From: Amphiscolops sp. MND2022
Lineage: Eukaryota
DNA: 64,000 bases
Reading direction: 5' to 3'
Assembly (NCBI GenBank): GCA_964187785.1
Contig: OZ076409.1
Location: 78,246,001 to 78,310,000 of the forward strand
In this document: positions 24,802 through 36,561 of the stretch, in pieces
Numbering within the stretch: position 1 is the stretch's first letter
How the letters are laid out: each line of letters begins with the position of its first letter
The notes under the pieces: model-generated
The model's input: only the letters and a program-made list of their open reading frames with translations
What the model was told of the DNA's origin: nothing
Databases searched by the model: none
Made by a program: the position numbers and the translations under genes

Positions 24802-25928
24802 TGGTGACAGGAGACAACGAATCTCCAAATCAAGTTCCTGAGTTTCTCACAGGACGAATCTCATCCAGAAATCATCTCGACAGGTCCTTCGAGGACATCA
24901 ACCTCGACACGACGATCCCAGCACAAGAGAGAATCGCTACGGCTGCTGACTCCGACCCCATCACCCGACTGGCAGACGTCTTGACTACAATGCAAAATAG
25001 ACCGACAGCCCAACAACTCACCATACGCCCAGTCAACTCAAATACCATGACATTCGATAGCAAAAGTGAGAAATTCGAGCTGTTCGAAGACCTATTTCAC
25101 ACTATGATCAAGATGCAGCCAGAAATGACTGAGCAAATGAAGATCAATCACTTCCACTCTTTATTGAGGAAGAATGCTCTCCAGACGTTCAGAAATATCA
25201 ACTCAAGCAACCGACAAACTCTAGAGGACGTATTAGTCATCTTTAGACGGAAATACGTCAAGCCCGAGTCACAAGCGACTGCCAAACATAAATGGCACCG
25301 TCTAGTCTTCGATCCCAATACGATGAAGCTGCCTGATTTTCTCGAAGAATTGAACCAGGGAGCCGAGAAGGCGTTTGGCGATCATGCACAGAAAATGATT
25401 GACAGCTTGCTCTACGCAAAGCTGCCACCTAAGTTGAAGCGATCTGTCAACATGGCCAGATTAGAAAATGGCTCATATGATGAAATTGTTGCTCATTTGG
25501 AGAGAGAGTTGGAACTCAATGCCCTTGAGGAATCAGATGACCTACCAAAGGCCACAATGACCTCCTCATCTATAAAACCTAAAACTCCTCTGTCCACAGG
25601 GCAACTGTCCGATATCACTTGCAATTACTGCAAGGAAAAGGGCCACATGGTCAAGGACTGCGAAAAACTGAAAAAGAAAAAAGAAAAAGATGCCCAACAA
25701 GGCAAGTCGACACAGAAGAAAACATATCCGGAGTGTGGCACTTGTGGGAAAAAGAACCACCCGGAGGAGAGATGTTGGCAAGGTGCTGGTGCACATCTTA
25801 AACCCAAACGCACTAGACCTGATGACTCAACTGAAAATAAGCCCAATCCAAAGGCTCAGAAACCTCAGACCAAACCGACATCATCGAGCTCCCAATCCTC
25901 ATATCCTAATGATGAGTCAAAAAACTAA
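24234..25928 (+). CDS. gag: Gag, 564 aa, two CCHC zinc knuckles
   Basis: CNYCKEKGHMVKDC and CGTCGKKNHPEERC; helical capsid-like core; intact ORF. Confidence 0.93.
   Translation: MPTTRKQKKARKSRGLEIPSDIENLDIMLGENHFNDMRRDESLDGTSIRRQESVTSNNLENEEMNLHSDHRNPETGTSAGYDRTTASIDSQAEINKLSCELNSRISREMDEMMNSVSSQIQRAISDAINNQVLPQIQNVIMAGSGQETRRGWERSDERPESYSEVQYNAKTRTTLNNEHGDRIHRNVHDMVTGDNESPNQVPEFLTGRISSRNHLDRSFEDINLDTTIPAQERIATAADSDPITRLADVLTTMQNRPTAQQLTIRPVNSNTMTFDSKSEKFELFEDLFHTMIKMQPEMTEQMKINHFHSLLRKNALQTFRNINSSNRQTLEDVLVIFRRKYVKPESQATAKHKWHRLVFDPNTMKLPDFLEELNQGAEKAFGDHAQKMIDSLLYAKLPPKLKRSVNMARLENGSYDEIVAHLERELELNALEESDDLPKATMTSSSIKPKTPLSTGQLSDITCNYCKEKGHMVKDCEKLKKKKEKDAQQGKSTQKKTYPECGTCGKKNHPEERCWQGAGAHLKPKRTRPDDSTENKPNPKAQKPQTKPTSSSSQSSYPNDESKN
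24802..24813 (+). promoter_or_regulatory. Primer binding site TGGTGACAGGAG (resembles tRNA-Leu-type TGGTGTCAGGAG)
   Basis: TGG directly follows the LTR-terminal CA. tRNA identity is inferred from memory of tRNA-Leu 3' ends, with one mismatch. Confidence 0.7.
25919..25925 (+). promoter_or_regulatory. -1 ribosomal frameshift slippery heptamer A AAA AAC
   Basis: Lies directly before the gag stop; the -1 frame is open from here to 26356; the same AAAAAACTAA occurs at the matching place in element 1 (~2527). Confidence 0.8.
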
Positions 25929-28900
25929 CTTCGCCACAACTCCAATATAACGAACTTTTATCTGTCCGACAATACATCAGATCGGACCCTCCAACGCAAA
26001 CCCTCCACCAATACAATCAGCAATTGATGGGCTATCCCTCTGTTGTCTGGCAGCAGCAGATGGAAAAAGCTACCATCATGACCTACAATAACACCCATTT
26101 ATTCCAGAAACCAATTCCTGTTTGGGACTCTGATTACACCACTACCTTCACCACCCGCTTCAGGCCCATTCCCCTAATCGATGATTACAATCCAACATAC
26201 ATCGATCCAGACTACGGCAGAGATCCCTATTGGGACACCGAGCTTTACAACCAAGATTCACTGCAATTTCAATATGTCCTGGACGATATTGACTATTATA
26301 ACAGAACAGTCCACGAGAACCCCCCATTACCCATAACAAGAAAACACGAGCACTAATCGAAAACTGGCAAATGAATGATGGTACAAACCACCCAGTGTTC
26401 CCAAACCCATTGGGGACCGAGAACCCTGAAAACAATGGTGAATCCACGCCACAATCATTATTAGATGAAAAACAATTCCAAAATGTACTCATCACCAGAG
26501 ATGGTGAACCAGACTGTATACCCCTGTCAACCAACATCAACCTCAAATGCAAGAAATGCATGCTTTATTTCCCAATGGACTTTGGGGAATTGACCATTGA
26601 TGGATTAATAGACACTGGAGCACTGTCCAGTGCAATCCCTGAAATGGACCTCCGGAAAATCCGCCTTCTATCTCCACAATCTGTTATCCGAGAAGGTCCG
26701 CCTCCGAACTTCCAAATCATGGTCGCTAATGGGCAACTGGAAACTCCTAAGAGTACCATCGAGCTCAAATTCGAAGTTGGTGACATTGAGTTCCATGAAA
26801 TCTTTATAGTAATGGAACATTTGACCGCACCAATCATTGGACTAATGTTCCTTCAGAGAAATCATACAGTGCTGGACATGAGACAAGGGATACTGAATTT
26901 CCCCTTCTTTTCAATGCAGCTCAAAACGGCTGACCATAAGTACACAAATGTATTAGAACCAATTCTCAACCCTATTGAGATAACAATTCCACCAAATGAT
27001 AAAGTCCTAATTAGGACCAATTCCCTACTCTACCCTGAGAATGCTGTCACTGGAATTTTGCAACCGAGCGACCTTCTACATGAGGAAGGCGACATCACAT
27101 TTTGCCCAGCTTTGGTCACTCTGAATGACGGCAATTTATTGATACCAGTGAACAATTTCACAGACCACCCTTATAAACTCAAAAAGGGACTACATATTGC
27201 CAATTTCTCTGTCATGACGCCAGAACAGATGAAGTATGTCGAACCGGTAGACCCGGCATCAACCTGGCACCTTTTGCAGAATGACCAGGAGCAAGCAGCC
27301 CATTATGTCAGCAGTCTCATCAAAACCAATAGAAATCCACAAAACTCCGAAAATTATTGGTTCCCAACTCCAGAAAACCCTGGAAAGCCTGAGGAACACA
27401 CACCTATACAAAAATGAATCCTACGCGAGTTACAGGCCTTACAGGACTTGGAGACACTCGACCCCACCACAGATGCAGAATCACGTGCAAAATTCTTAGA
27501 AAACTTCGACTGGAAAGATTCCACCCTTACTCCTGAAGAAAAGGAGAAAATTGAGGAATTGTTAGTGGAATTCCATGACATCTTTGCACGACACCGATTT
27601 GATATAGGCATGAACGAGGAATTCAAAGTGAAAGTGACACCTAAGGACGATTCCCCAGCCTATAGTCAAAGCCTTCTAGCTCCTATCAATTTGAAGGAGG
27701 ACATCCTAGTCGAATTAGCCATGTTACACAAATATGGCATCATCACCACCCTACCGTTCTCAAAATATGCGAGTCCAATATTTGCACAGAAGAAACCGAA
27801 CGGGAAACTCCGACTCTTGGTTGACTTGAGAAAAATCAACAACCTCATCTCAGATGATTATATCAACAACAATCATCCCGTCAGTACACTAGTTGATGCT
27901 GCCCAACACTTGGCAGGCGAAAAACTGTTCTGTAAATTAGACTGTTCGCAGGCATACCACTGCCTACCAATGGCCGACCAACGCTCAATCGAAATGTTGG
28001 CTTTCAATTTTGCCAGTCGCACATTCGCTTACCGACGCTTGGCACAAGGCCTTAGTCGGTCACTATCCGCATTCTCGAGTTTCATGAGGGAATACCTCGA
28101 CAAAGTCATTAAAGCGGATCAGTGTGCCCAGTATGTGGACGATATCGGCATCGCAGCCAATGATGTCGACCACCTCATGACGAACCTGAGAGCCACGTTC
28201 AAATGCATTCAGGAAGCAGGCCTTAAGTTGACAATGCACAAATGTCACTTCGGTGCAAAAGAAATTGATTTTCTCGGACGGACTATTACCCCACAAGGCG
28301 TCAAACCTCAGAAACAGAACATGCAAAACTTTCTGGAAAAGACCAAATTCCCGAAGTCGAAAAAGGCTTTACAGCGCTATTTGGGATTCCTAAACTATTA
28401 CAGGAATTATGTCCCAAGACTCTCCGAACGCCTTGCTCCATTCTACAAGATGCTCAAAAGTGACGAAAAGGTCCTAGTATCGAAAGAATTAGTCCAACAA
28501 TTCGAAGGAATCAATAGAGCACTAGACAAATGTTGCGACCTGGCCCTACAACAACCCATTCCGAACAAACAAATAGCACTAATGACTGATGCAAGTTTTG
28601 GTGCAGCCGGGTACGCGGTCCTAATTGAAGACGACCCAAGTCAGAAATTTACATCACTCAGAAAATCGTATGCACCGGTCGCATATGGATCAAAAACTTT
28701 CACCCCAGCACAGATCAAGATGTCAATTTATGCCAAGGAATTCCTTGCAATTTATTTTGCATTCAAAGAATTCGGACAAATCTTCTGGGGTGCGCCGAAA
28801 CCGGTCATCATCCTTACGGACAACAAAGCTGTCACGAGATTTTTCCAAACGAAAATAATACCCCCAGCCCTGTGGAACGCGTGTGATTATTTCATTCAGT

Positions 28901-31130
28901 TCAATTTTGTCATAGCACACATCCCAGGGGCACAAAATACAGCCGCCGACTTTTTGTCCCGATTGGAAGCAGATCCAAAGGACAAATTGGTGATGAAAAT
29001 TCGTGAAGATGTACAAACACTAGCAATCGAAATCAACGTCCAATCCGCAGGTGTGACGCAAGAAGAACAAATCTTCTACACCAATGACGACGACGAGACA
29101 GAGGAACAGTATTGGGCAAGAAAAGAAGCAATTAGGAAAAATCCAACAACTGATGAGCCCACTGTTACTATACAAACTCTGTCAACAAATCTGGTCAAGC
29201 AACACCCCGATATACAAGTCCGATTGAGGAGAACGAACCAGATCATTATCGAGCAATCCAAGGATGCGGTACTACAACAATTGAAAGCAAAACTGCTTCA
29301 TGAAGAGTATTCAGAAAATCTACTACACCAGGATGCCCGATATAGACATTACGCAAACAATCTGGAACGAATTTTACTAAAGGACGAAATCCTGACAAGG
29401 CAATATTTCGATGAAACAGGGAATGTTAAATACCATCAAATTCTACTCCCGCAACATTTACTCCAGGAATTGCTCCAATCCCTTCACGGGACAGCGCATA
29501 AACATCCTGGAATTTCAAAAATGCTGCAGGAAATTCGACAGAGGTATTACTACCCTAACATGGCTAAACACGTCAGAAAGTGGGTAGAAGGGTGCGAACA
29601 ATGTGCCAGAGACAAAAGAGTCCCTAACCAACGATCACACCTGAGCTGCTCAACTTGCCCGAATGGGACCTCGGACCTGAAGACGCCATGCAAATAGACC
29701 TATTGCCGAATCTTCCCCCAAGTGGTGGGTATGAAAACGTCTTAACAGCAATTGATGTATTCTCCAGATATTTGTTCGCCTATCCCCTTACGGACACATC
29801 AGCGATCAAAGTAGCAAAAGCGCTCATTGACATCATGACTAAACACTCATATCTACCAACGACTCTTATCACTGATAATGGTACTGCATTTACTTCTACA
29901 ATTATTGCGGAGGTTACGCAGATTTTGGGCATCACACTCAAATGTGCAACGACAAAACACCCGCAGACAATTGGGAAATTGGAGCGAACCCATGCCTCAT
30001 TGAAAACAAATCTCAAAATGGCATGTGGGGAATATCGCCGACAGTGGCACAAATACTTGCCATTAGCAGTACTGAATTATAATACTAGTTATCACGCCAG
30101 CATCGGTTGTGAACCGACGAGAGTATTCCATGGAAGAATTCCATTTAATATCTTGGATCACAAACGTGGAAATAATCCAAATGAGCAGATCAACCCCACA
30201 ACCGAATTTGCTAAAGAAATCCAAAACCGGACAAAAATCCTAATTGACAAAACGAAGCAGAACATTATGCAGTCGTATATGAAGTACAAAGAATATTACG
30301 ACCGCAAAGCAAAAGCTGCTCCATTGAAGGAGAATGATTACTGTTTCGTCTTACAGCCGAAAGCGGATCATCAGGGATCAAAATTTCCATTCCGCGATTA
30401 CCGTTGGGTTGGATCATTTGTAGTCCAAAAAGTTTTGCCAAATGAAAACTATATAGTACGACGGATCAATACGAACAAATCTCAAATTTTGCATCGCATT
30501 CGCCTTAAGAAGTTCGTCCCCAATCAACCGCTTGAGGATAATTTCCGAGAACAACGTCTGCAGCCAGACGAAGAAATTGTCATTCCGCAAGATGACCTAT
30601 ACGCCATAGCGTGGGAAACAGATTTTGGCGAGCAGCTAGGTACACGAGACAACGAGCCTATTCCGACTAGCGTGCCGAATGGCGAACAACCGAATGCGGC
30701 ACAACCGAATACAAGTGACGCACACGAGAATGAAGAGGATTATGTAATCACGAGTGATGAATCAAATCTTGCCGATCGTGCGTCGCATAGCCGGAATGAA
30801 CGATTAATTGATGACGTCACTACAAGAAATTAAGCTAGTGAACAGTCTAGAAATGAAGAACCTGATTGGCCGAATCCGGCCATTTCCCCAAAAAGCCATG
30901 AAAAATCTTTGCCGGATACGGCAGACAGCCTAAAAGACAAAGAAATTTTACCCGATGAAAATTTAAGAACTGAAATCGATGCACAAAATTCTCCGAAAAG
31001 GGGGGATGATATTATCGTGCCCGAAATATCTGAAAACGATGCTAGAAATGAAAGTCTGAGCCCTAGAGGAGGGAAATATAACCTCAGACCTAACCCTAAC
31101 CCAAACTACTCAGAAGACTTCAGATACTAA
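25919..31130 (+). pseudogene. pol: Pol (protease, dUTPase-like spacer, RT, RNase H, integrase), broken by two frame breaks and two stops
   Basis: LIDTGA, YVDD, MTDAS, HKHPG..CEQC, QIDL..ITDNG..LER. Frame breaks near 26320-26370 and 29630; stops at 27415 and 30831. Confidence 0.95.
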
Positions 31131-31361
31131 GGATTGAATTTTCCCGGAAATGGGAATTCTTTTCTTTTATCTTTGTTTTAAGCCCCTCTGAGAATTTCTT
31201 TTGAATTAATACTGGGGCATTTCAAAGGATCCCATACAAAAATGGAATAAATATGGGATCAAGGCAACGAAGAAACAAAATCAAGAGCAAATGAGAAAAC
31301 AAAACAATGAAAGAAATGAACAAAGTTTACAGTCTGAAAGTACATAAATACATATGTACAT

Positions 31362-34300
31362 TTAGTCTTTAGAGGACCCTTGAACGGCTTTCTTGGATGC
31401 AGACGAAATTGTAGAACTGCTGCTACCTGCTCGCTTCCTCTGCTTCTTGGAAGGCACCTTTACAGCTGAATCATCAGGGATGGACGAGGCAGTATCCTTT
31501 TCTATCCGGACAGAACGAGTAGAAGGAACAGCAGTAACGGCCTTATAGGAAGTGAGAAGACTCTTGTAGATCTTAGACCTACCAAACTCATCCACAAGGG
31601 TCCACGGATCGTAGTCAGCAGAGAAAGCAGAACGCTCGAAAGAGGAACTGAGAACTGAGAACTTCTCTAAATTGACATCCGAGCAGCAATGGGAAATGGA
31701 ATTGGGCACACAGGAAAAGTAACTCTGGCAAGGCACCACTAGATCGGCAAAACGGCCCTGACACCCCGTTGTGTCAACACTCCCGAACAGTACTGGGGGA
31801 TATTGGGGGCTAACACTAGTCAGACACAAGCAGCAGAGTTTGAACAGATAGAACAAGTGCTCATGAGTTTGGAAAAACTCAAGCCCCATTAAAAAGTCTA
31901 TAAGATCGACGGAATTCTCCATCAGATCGAAATCTGGAGGATAGTTGACTCGGAGGTAGTCCAACAGAGCCAGATATTCGTCTCGACAACTGTTCTCGTT
32001 GGCGCTAGTGACCCATGATCGAAGCTGGAAAGTAGAATATAGCACATCGAAGTGCCGGAGCCCGACCTCAGAAGGCCTTTTGAAAAGCACGAAGGGATCA
32101 AAAGCAGCCAACCCCTTTATCACTTCAGAGCTCAGACCAGCTTGACTAAGGACTTGTTTGACTAGATATTGAATGAATTGCAACGCCTCTTTGACAAAGC
32201 TGCTGGTCGTTTCTGCAGCCGTCTTCTCGATAGCAGCTTTCTCCGATTTCTTGTTCAGGCGTGTGACTTCTGCACTCTGTTTACTAGCTGTAGCTATCCG
32301 GTTTGTGAGACGGTGCCGGACAAGGAAGTCTTCCTCACTCATGAATTTGCCCTCGCTCAACTTAAACCCGAGAAGGAGGAACCACGAGTTCTCGAGGGGA
32401 ATGATTTCTGGCAAATAACATCGGGCGCACAGTTTTGAAACAAAGCGGCAAACCTCCCCACAGAGGAAGAACGACGCATCACGGCGGCCCTGCAGATTGA
32501 TGGCGAAACTGGTAACGTCTGAAATACAACAGTCGTGATTATGAGAGGAATAGGATATACAAACGAGACAATGTTGATAGTGATTCAACAACTCAAGGAC
32601 CTAAATTATCAGAACGACGTCTTAGTGCACTGACGTGAAATGAAACCGTATACTCACAATCGCCAATTATACGTTGGAAGAATTCCAATTTAGCGACGAA
32701 GAAGAAGTCACAGATGATGGACCACTCGAAGCTTTGGACCTGATTGTGGACTCCTTGCATTCCTTGGTGAGGGGTGTGCGTAGTCAAGTACTGTCTGATT
32801 GCCTTCCAATTCTTCACAAGTTCTCGGCAAAGACTGGGGAGGCTTGACAAATCTAGTTTGCAGGTGTCGATGGCCTTAAACGAACCAAATTGTCTCTCAA
32901 CTGCACCTACCTTCAAACCTCTAACTACATGAGTGAACTTAATATACTTACTCTTCCCAGATCAGGAGATTCCAGAACCCAGTCCTCACCAGTAGCAGCT
33001 CCCAATGAAACGATCAGGCACTTTAGGACAGAGAAAAAGTCGATCCGTCCAAACACGCTGTAGGTGGGCTTGTGCATCATCTTCTGAAGCTGCAGCTGCT
33101 CGAAACGAAAGCAACTCTGTACTGCTCGGGGAAAGAACTCATTGTGATCTATGGTTTGGATCAACTCTACCGGACATCCCGAACAGGCGACGATATCGGC
33201 TTTGGTTGAAACCACAGATAGTAGCCTGGATATCGAACCCAAGTCTCCAGTCAGATCAGCGGAGGGAAGCCCACTTCGGCACACAAAGACGCGACAAAGA
33301 GAATCGCCTTTCCAGAACTTGATAGACATGAGCCTATTCACGCCCACATTCTCAAATTCGATAGCGAAGCATTGGGTGGTAGCAATTTGCTCTGCTAATT
33401 CACTCATGGCACAATTGAAAATGTGTTGGAAGATGGTCTAAAGAAGAAAAAGACAATTATGAAAAGTGTAGGGAATCTATACCCTCCCTGAGTAAATGTT
33501 ATCCTGAAAGGGAACCTACCGAAATTCGTTCTTCCCCCCAATCAAAGTCGCAGTAACTAGTTTGATAGTTCGTCAGAGATCCTATCTGAGCCCATAGTCT
33601 GCGGAGTACTCCAAGATCACCGTGAGTTTGCACGAAGTCTCCAATGAGGTGTATTTGTGTATTGGCCCTCGACGCAGGAGTGACGAGTGTGGTTGACGTC
33701 CCTTTCACGAAGTCGTCGTAGAATGGGAAGCGTTCTCCGATGTCTATTAGTTCGACGTGTATAAATTTGGGGAGTTCTTTCGCCAGCTCAAACTTGGTGA
33801 GGATCTTGCCGTTCCGCCCTCTGACCCGATGCTGCACTTTCCCAGTCACTGGATCAACGCTTTTGAGGTGTTCATAGCGCCACCTTTGATCACGTCTGAG
33901 GTGTTTTTCAGTTCTGTGGTGACGCAGAATCTCCAGTGTACCCTTGGTTTTCACAGAAATATTCTTCTTACATGTATGGCACCACACCATATAAGGATTG
34001 TGAAGGGGATCAGCTGGCCCGGAGATGAACGATCGGGTCCAGCCAATTTTGGAGAAGAATTCCTCCTTCATGGGAATGCCCAGTGTATGGCCGCGCCGTT
34101 TCTTCTTGGGCAATTTGCCAGAACTCGAAACTAGAGGTTGTGCTGGGGCCGTCTGGGTACGTAATTCGGAGAGCGTGGCGTCGAGACTGGATTGATCAGT
34201 GGACTCAAAACCTGCTTGGGTAGGGTCAGCTCGAGAAGGTGGAACGCGGCTGAAAGGTTCCTTGAAAGCCTGTGAGATGATTGCCATCTCACCAGAACTG

Positions 34301-35689
34301 TCAGTCTCGTTGAAAGATTCTAACCCTCTACTTTCTTGGCCAGCACTGGATCCTTCAGAGGTGTCAGTCCCTGATCCAGAACAGTATTCAGCCCGCGAAC
34401 TATCTTCCGAATCACTTTGCAGCCCTGGGCTGGGAGTTTGAGCCCTTGGTCGGATCTTGAAGTGGTCAATTCGGGCACTGGAAGTGACGGGGGCCCCCCT
34501 AACCGCTCCGATTACCATCTGCTCCATGGTGGAGTAGGACATTTTCAAGGTCTCGTCTGTAAGGACCCTTAGGAGATGATAGATTTGTGGCTCCGTGAAC
34601 GACACAGTTCTATGACCGAGCGGGAAGGTGATAGTGCTGGCATCATCATCAAAATACTGTTTCAAAATGGCCCTACTACGGCCGGAAAGCTCCCTGATCT
34701 TGGGGTCCTGAGCTGCTGAAGTGGAAGGACGCATGGAATCAGGAATTGCAGCGAAAGTATCAGTTGATGACCCTTCTCCTGCTGTGTCTGCTACATTACC
34801 TATTGGCAGGTAGGCGTACAATTGAGGAGCACTAGCCTGGCTAGATGTGTCACCGGCTTCTTCGGTTCCAGTCTCATCGCCCAACCACCTGACTTTTGGT
34901 GTTCCTGTTGGCAGCTTGGGGACATCACATAGGGAAGAGCTTTCGTCCGTTTCAATCTGGAGAAATGAGGCTGCGGACATTTCGGCAGGAGTCACGTTAG
35001 TGGGCAACAATTCCGGTAATATAGTCCTCGAGGAAGGAGCAATCGTTAGTCCAGTCTCTAACTGAGTCAAATTGAGCTCGTCGGTCTCACCGGCTACGCC
35101 TGGGGTAGGGGTACTAGTACGAAAGAGCGGCGTAGTAACCCGTGCCTCGATCCCCGTGGAAGAAGAACCCTCAGTTATACCTCTCCCAGTCTCTTGTTCT
35201 CCCATCTCAGAGTTCTCCGCAGTATGTCCCTCTGATTGCTGTTGGGCCTGTTCGAGGAGCTGAAGCTTTTCGTCGGCATAAGATGTTACGTCGACGTTGC
35301 TGTCTGTACTGCTGGGAGACCTTGTTGGCTTTATTGGAGGAAAAGGAGGAGGAGACAATTGTGATCCACGGACGGTGGAGGACGTACCCACAGAAACAAT
35401 CGTTTGTGTATGTTGGTCGGGAATGTCCGCTGCAGAGTTGGTTTGTGTTTGCGGTTCGTCTCCTGGCTGGTTTGCTAAACAAAAGGAGATGAAATTTGGC
35501 GGTGAGCTTCCTTGAAAAAAATCCATTTTACCGCATTAGAAAACTTCCGGAAGTGTTTGAAAATCTGAACGAAACGTGTTATCACGCGTTTACTAATGGA
35601 AACAGGAAGCATATTGTGAACGGATTTAACCCTGATCAAGTTAAATTTTAGTTCGGAATAAAAACAAACCAACCTTCAGAAGAAGACAT
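31362..35689 (-). CDS. Spliced antisense gene, 5 exons (35689-35674, 35474-33520, 33437-32952, 32874-32658, 32518-31362), 1276 aa: S/T/P-rich N-terminus, zinc finger, degenerate hAT-transposase-like body
   Basis: Four GT..AG introns (199, 82, 77, 139 bp), each phase-compatible, join the listed minus-strand ORFs into 3831 nt with no internal stop. Finger motif WCHTCKKNISVKTKGTLEILRHHRTEKH. Exon 1 is the least certain. Confidence 0.82.
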
Positions 35690-36561
35690 CCTGGGACTGA
35701 ATTGGATGTGAGAACGAGTCCTTGTCCGGCTGTAGAAGTTGATGGATATGGCCGAAAGCGGCTGGAGAAGGGGTTGCTCTGGGACGAAGAATCGGCTAAG
35801 AAGTGACGCGCGCGGGAAAATGAGTATCAGTCGAGAGGAAACAAATGGAAGATAATCAGAATTGAAATGGAATTAAAATTGGGTAGAAGAATTGAAGAAA
35901 TTGGAAAGTTGGAGTTCGTGGCTGAAGATTACTACCAGACTAATATTATGGATTATCTACATATTTATTCTGTACATGGAGTCTGCCAGCGAAGTGTACA
36001 AAGAACTTTATTATTTACAGCTTATTTAGTTAGAGGCCGGTTATGGCCGTTTACCCTGTTTTGTTTTGCCGTTTTGTCCAGTTACCCTAGTTACCCTTAG
36101 CTAGAATTTTCGCCATCTTGAATTATTTGGATTTATTAGTTTCGCCATTTCTTATTATTTAATTTTACAACTTATCGAAGCTTAACGCTGATTGGCTGAA
36201 GTCATTTTGAAAGAATTCCGCGTCGCGTGTCGTTAATTGCTATCAGGCAAACCGTTAATTACCCACTTGAAACGGATGAAGATAATATTTACAACTCAAG
36301 CGTCATTAACACCTCTCAGAGTGATGGTGCTGATGGGGGGTAAACACTGAGTTATCAAAGGATGCCGACTACGTATAAAATTCCATTCAGAAATGTTTAC
36401 GTCGGATCAGGGCAATTTACCGATAACTCGACCGCCAAAAACGAATTGCCGGGAAAAGGCCCGAGTCGACTAAAATTTTGAGTTGGTAAATTCATTCCAC
36501 TTTGAAATCTCACTCAAGCTAGTTAACTTTCCCAATCAGCAATATTGCTAAGAAACTCATA

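Noticed and set aside
24607..35515. Numerous short overlapping ORFs on the opposite strand or frame of gag, pol and the antisense gene
   Set aside because: Shadow ORFs of long coding regions with no recognisable motifs.
31131..36561. Nested independent hAT insertion
   Set aside because: No TIRs or 8-bp TSD seen, and spacer motifs are shared with element 1. Not fully excluded without other copies.
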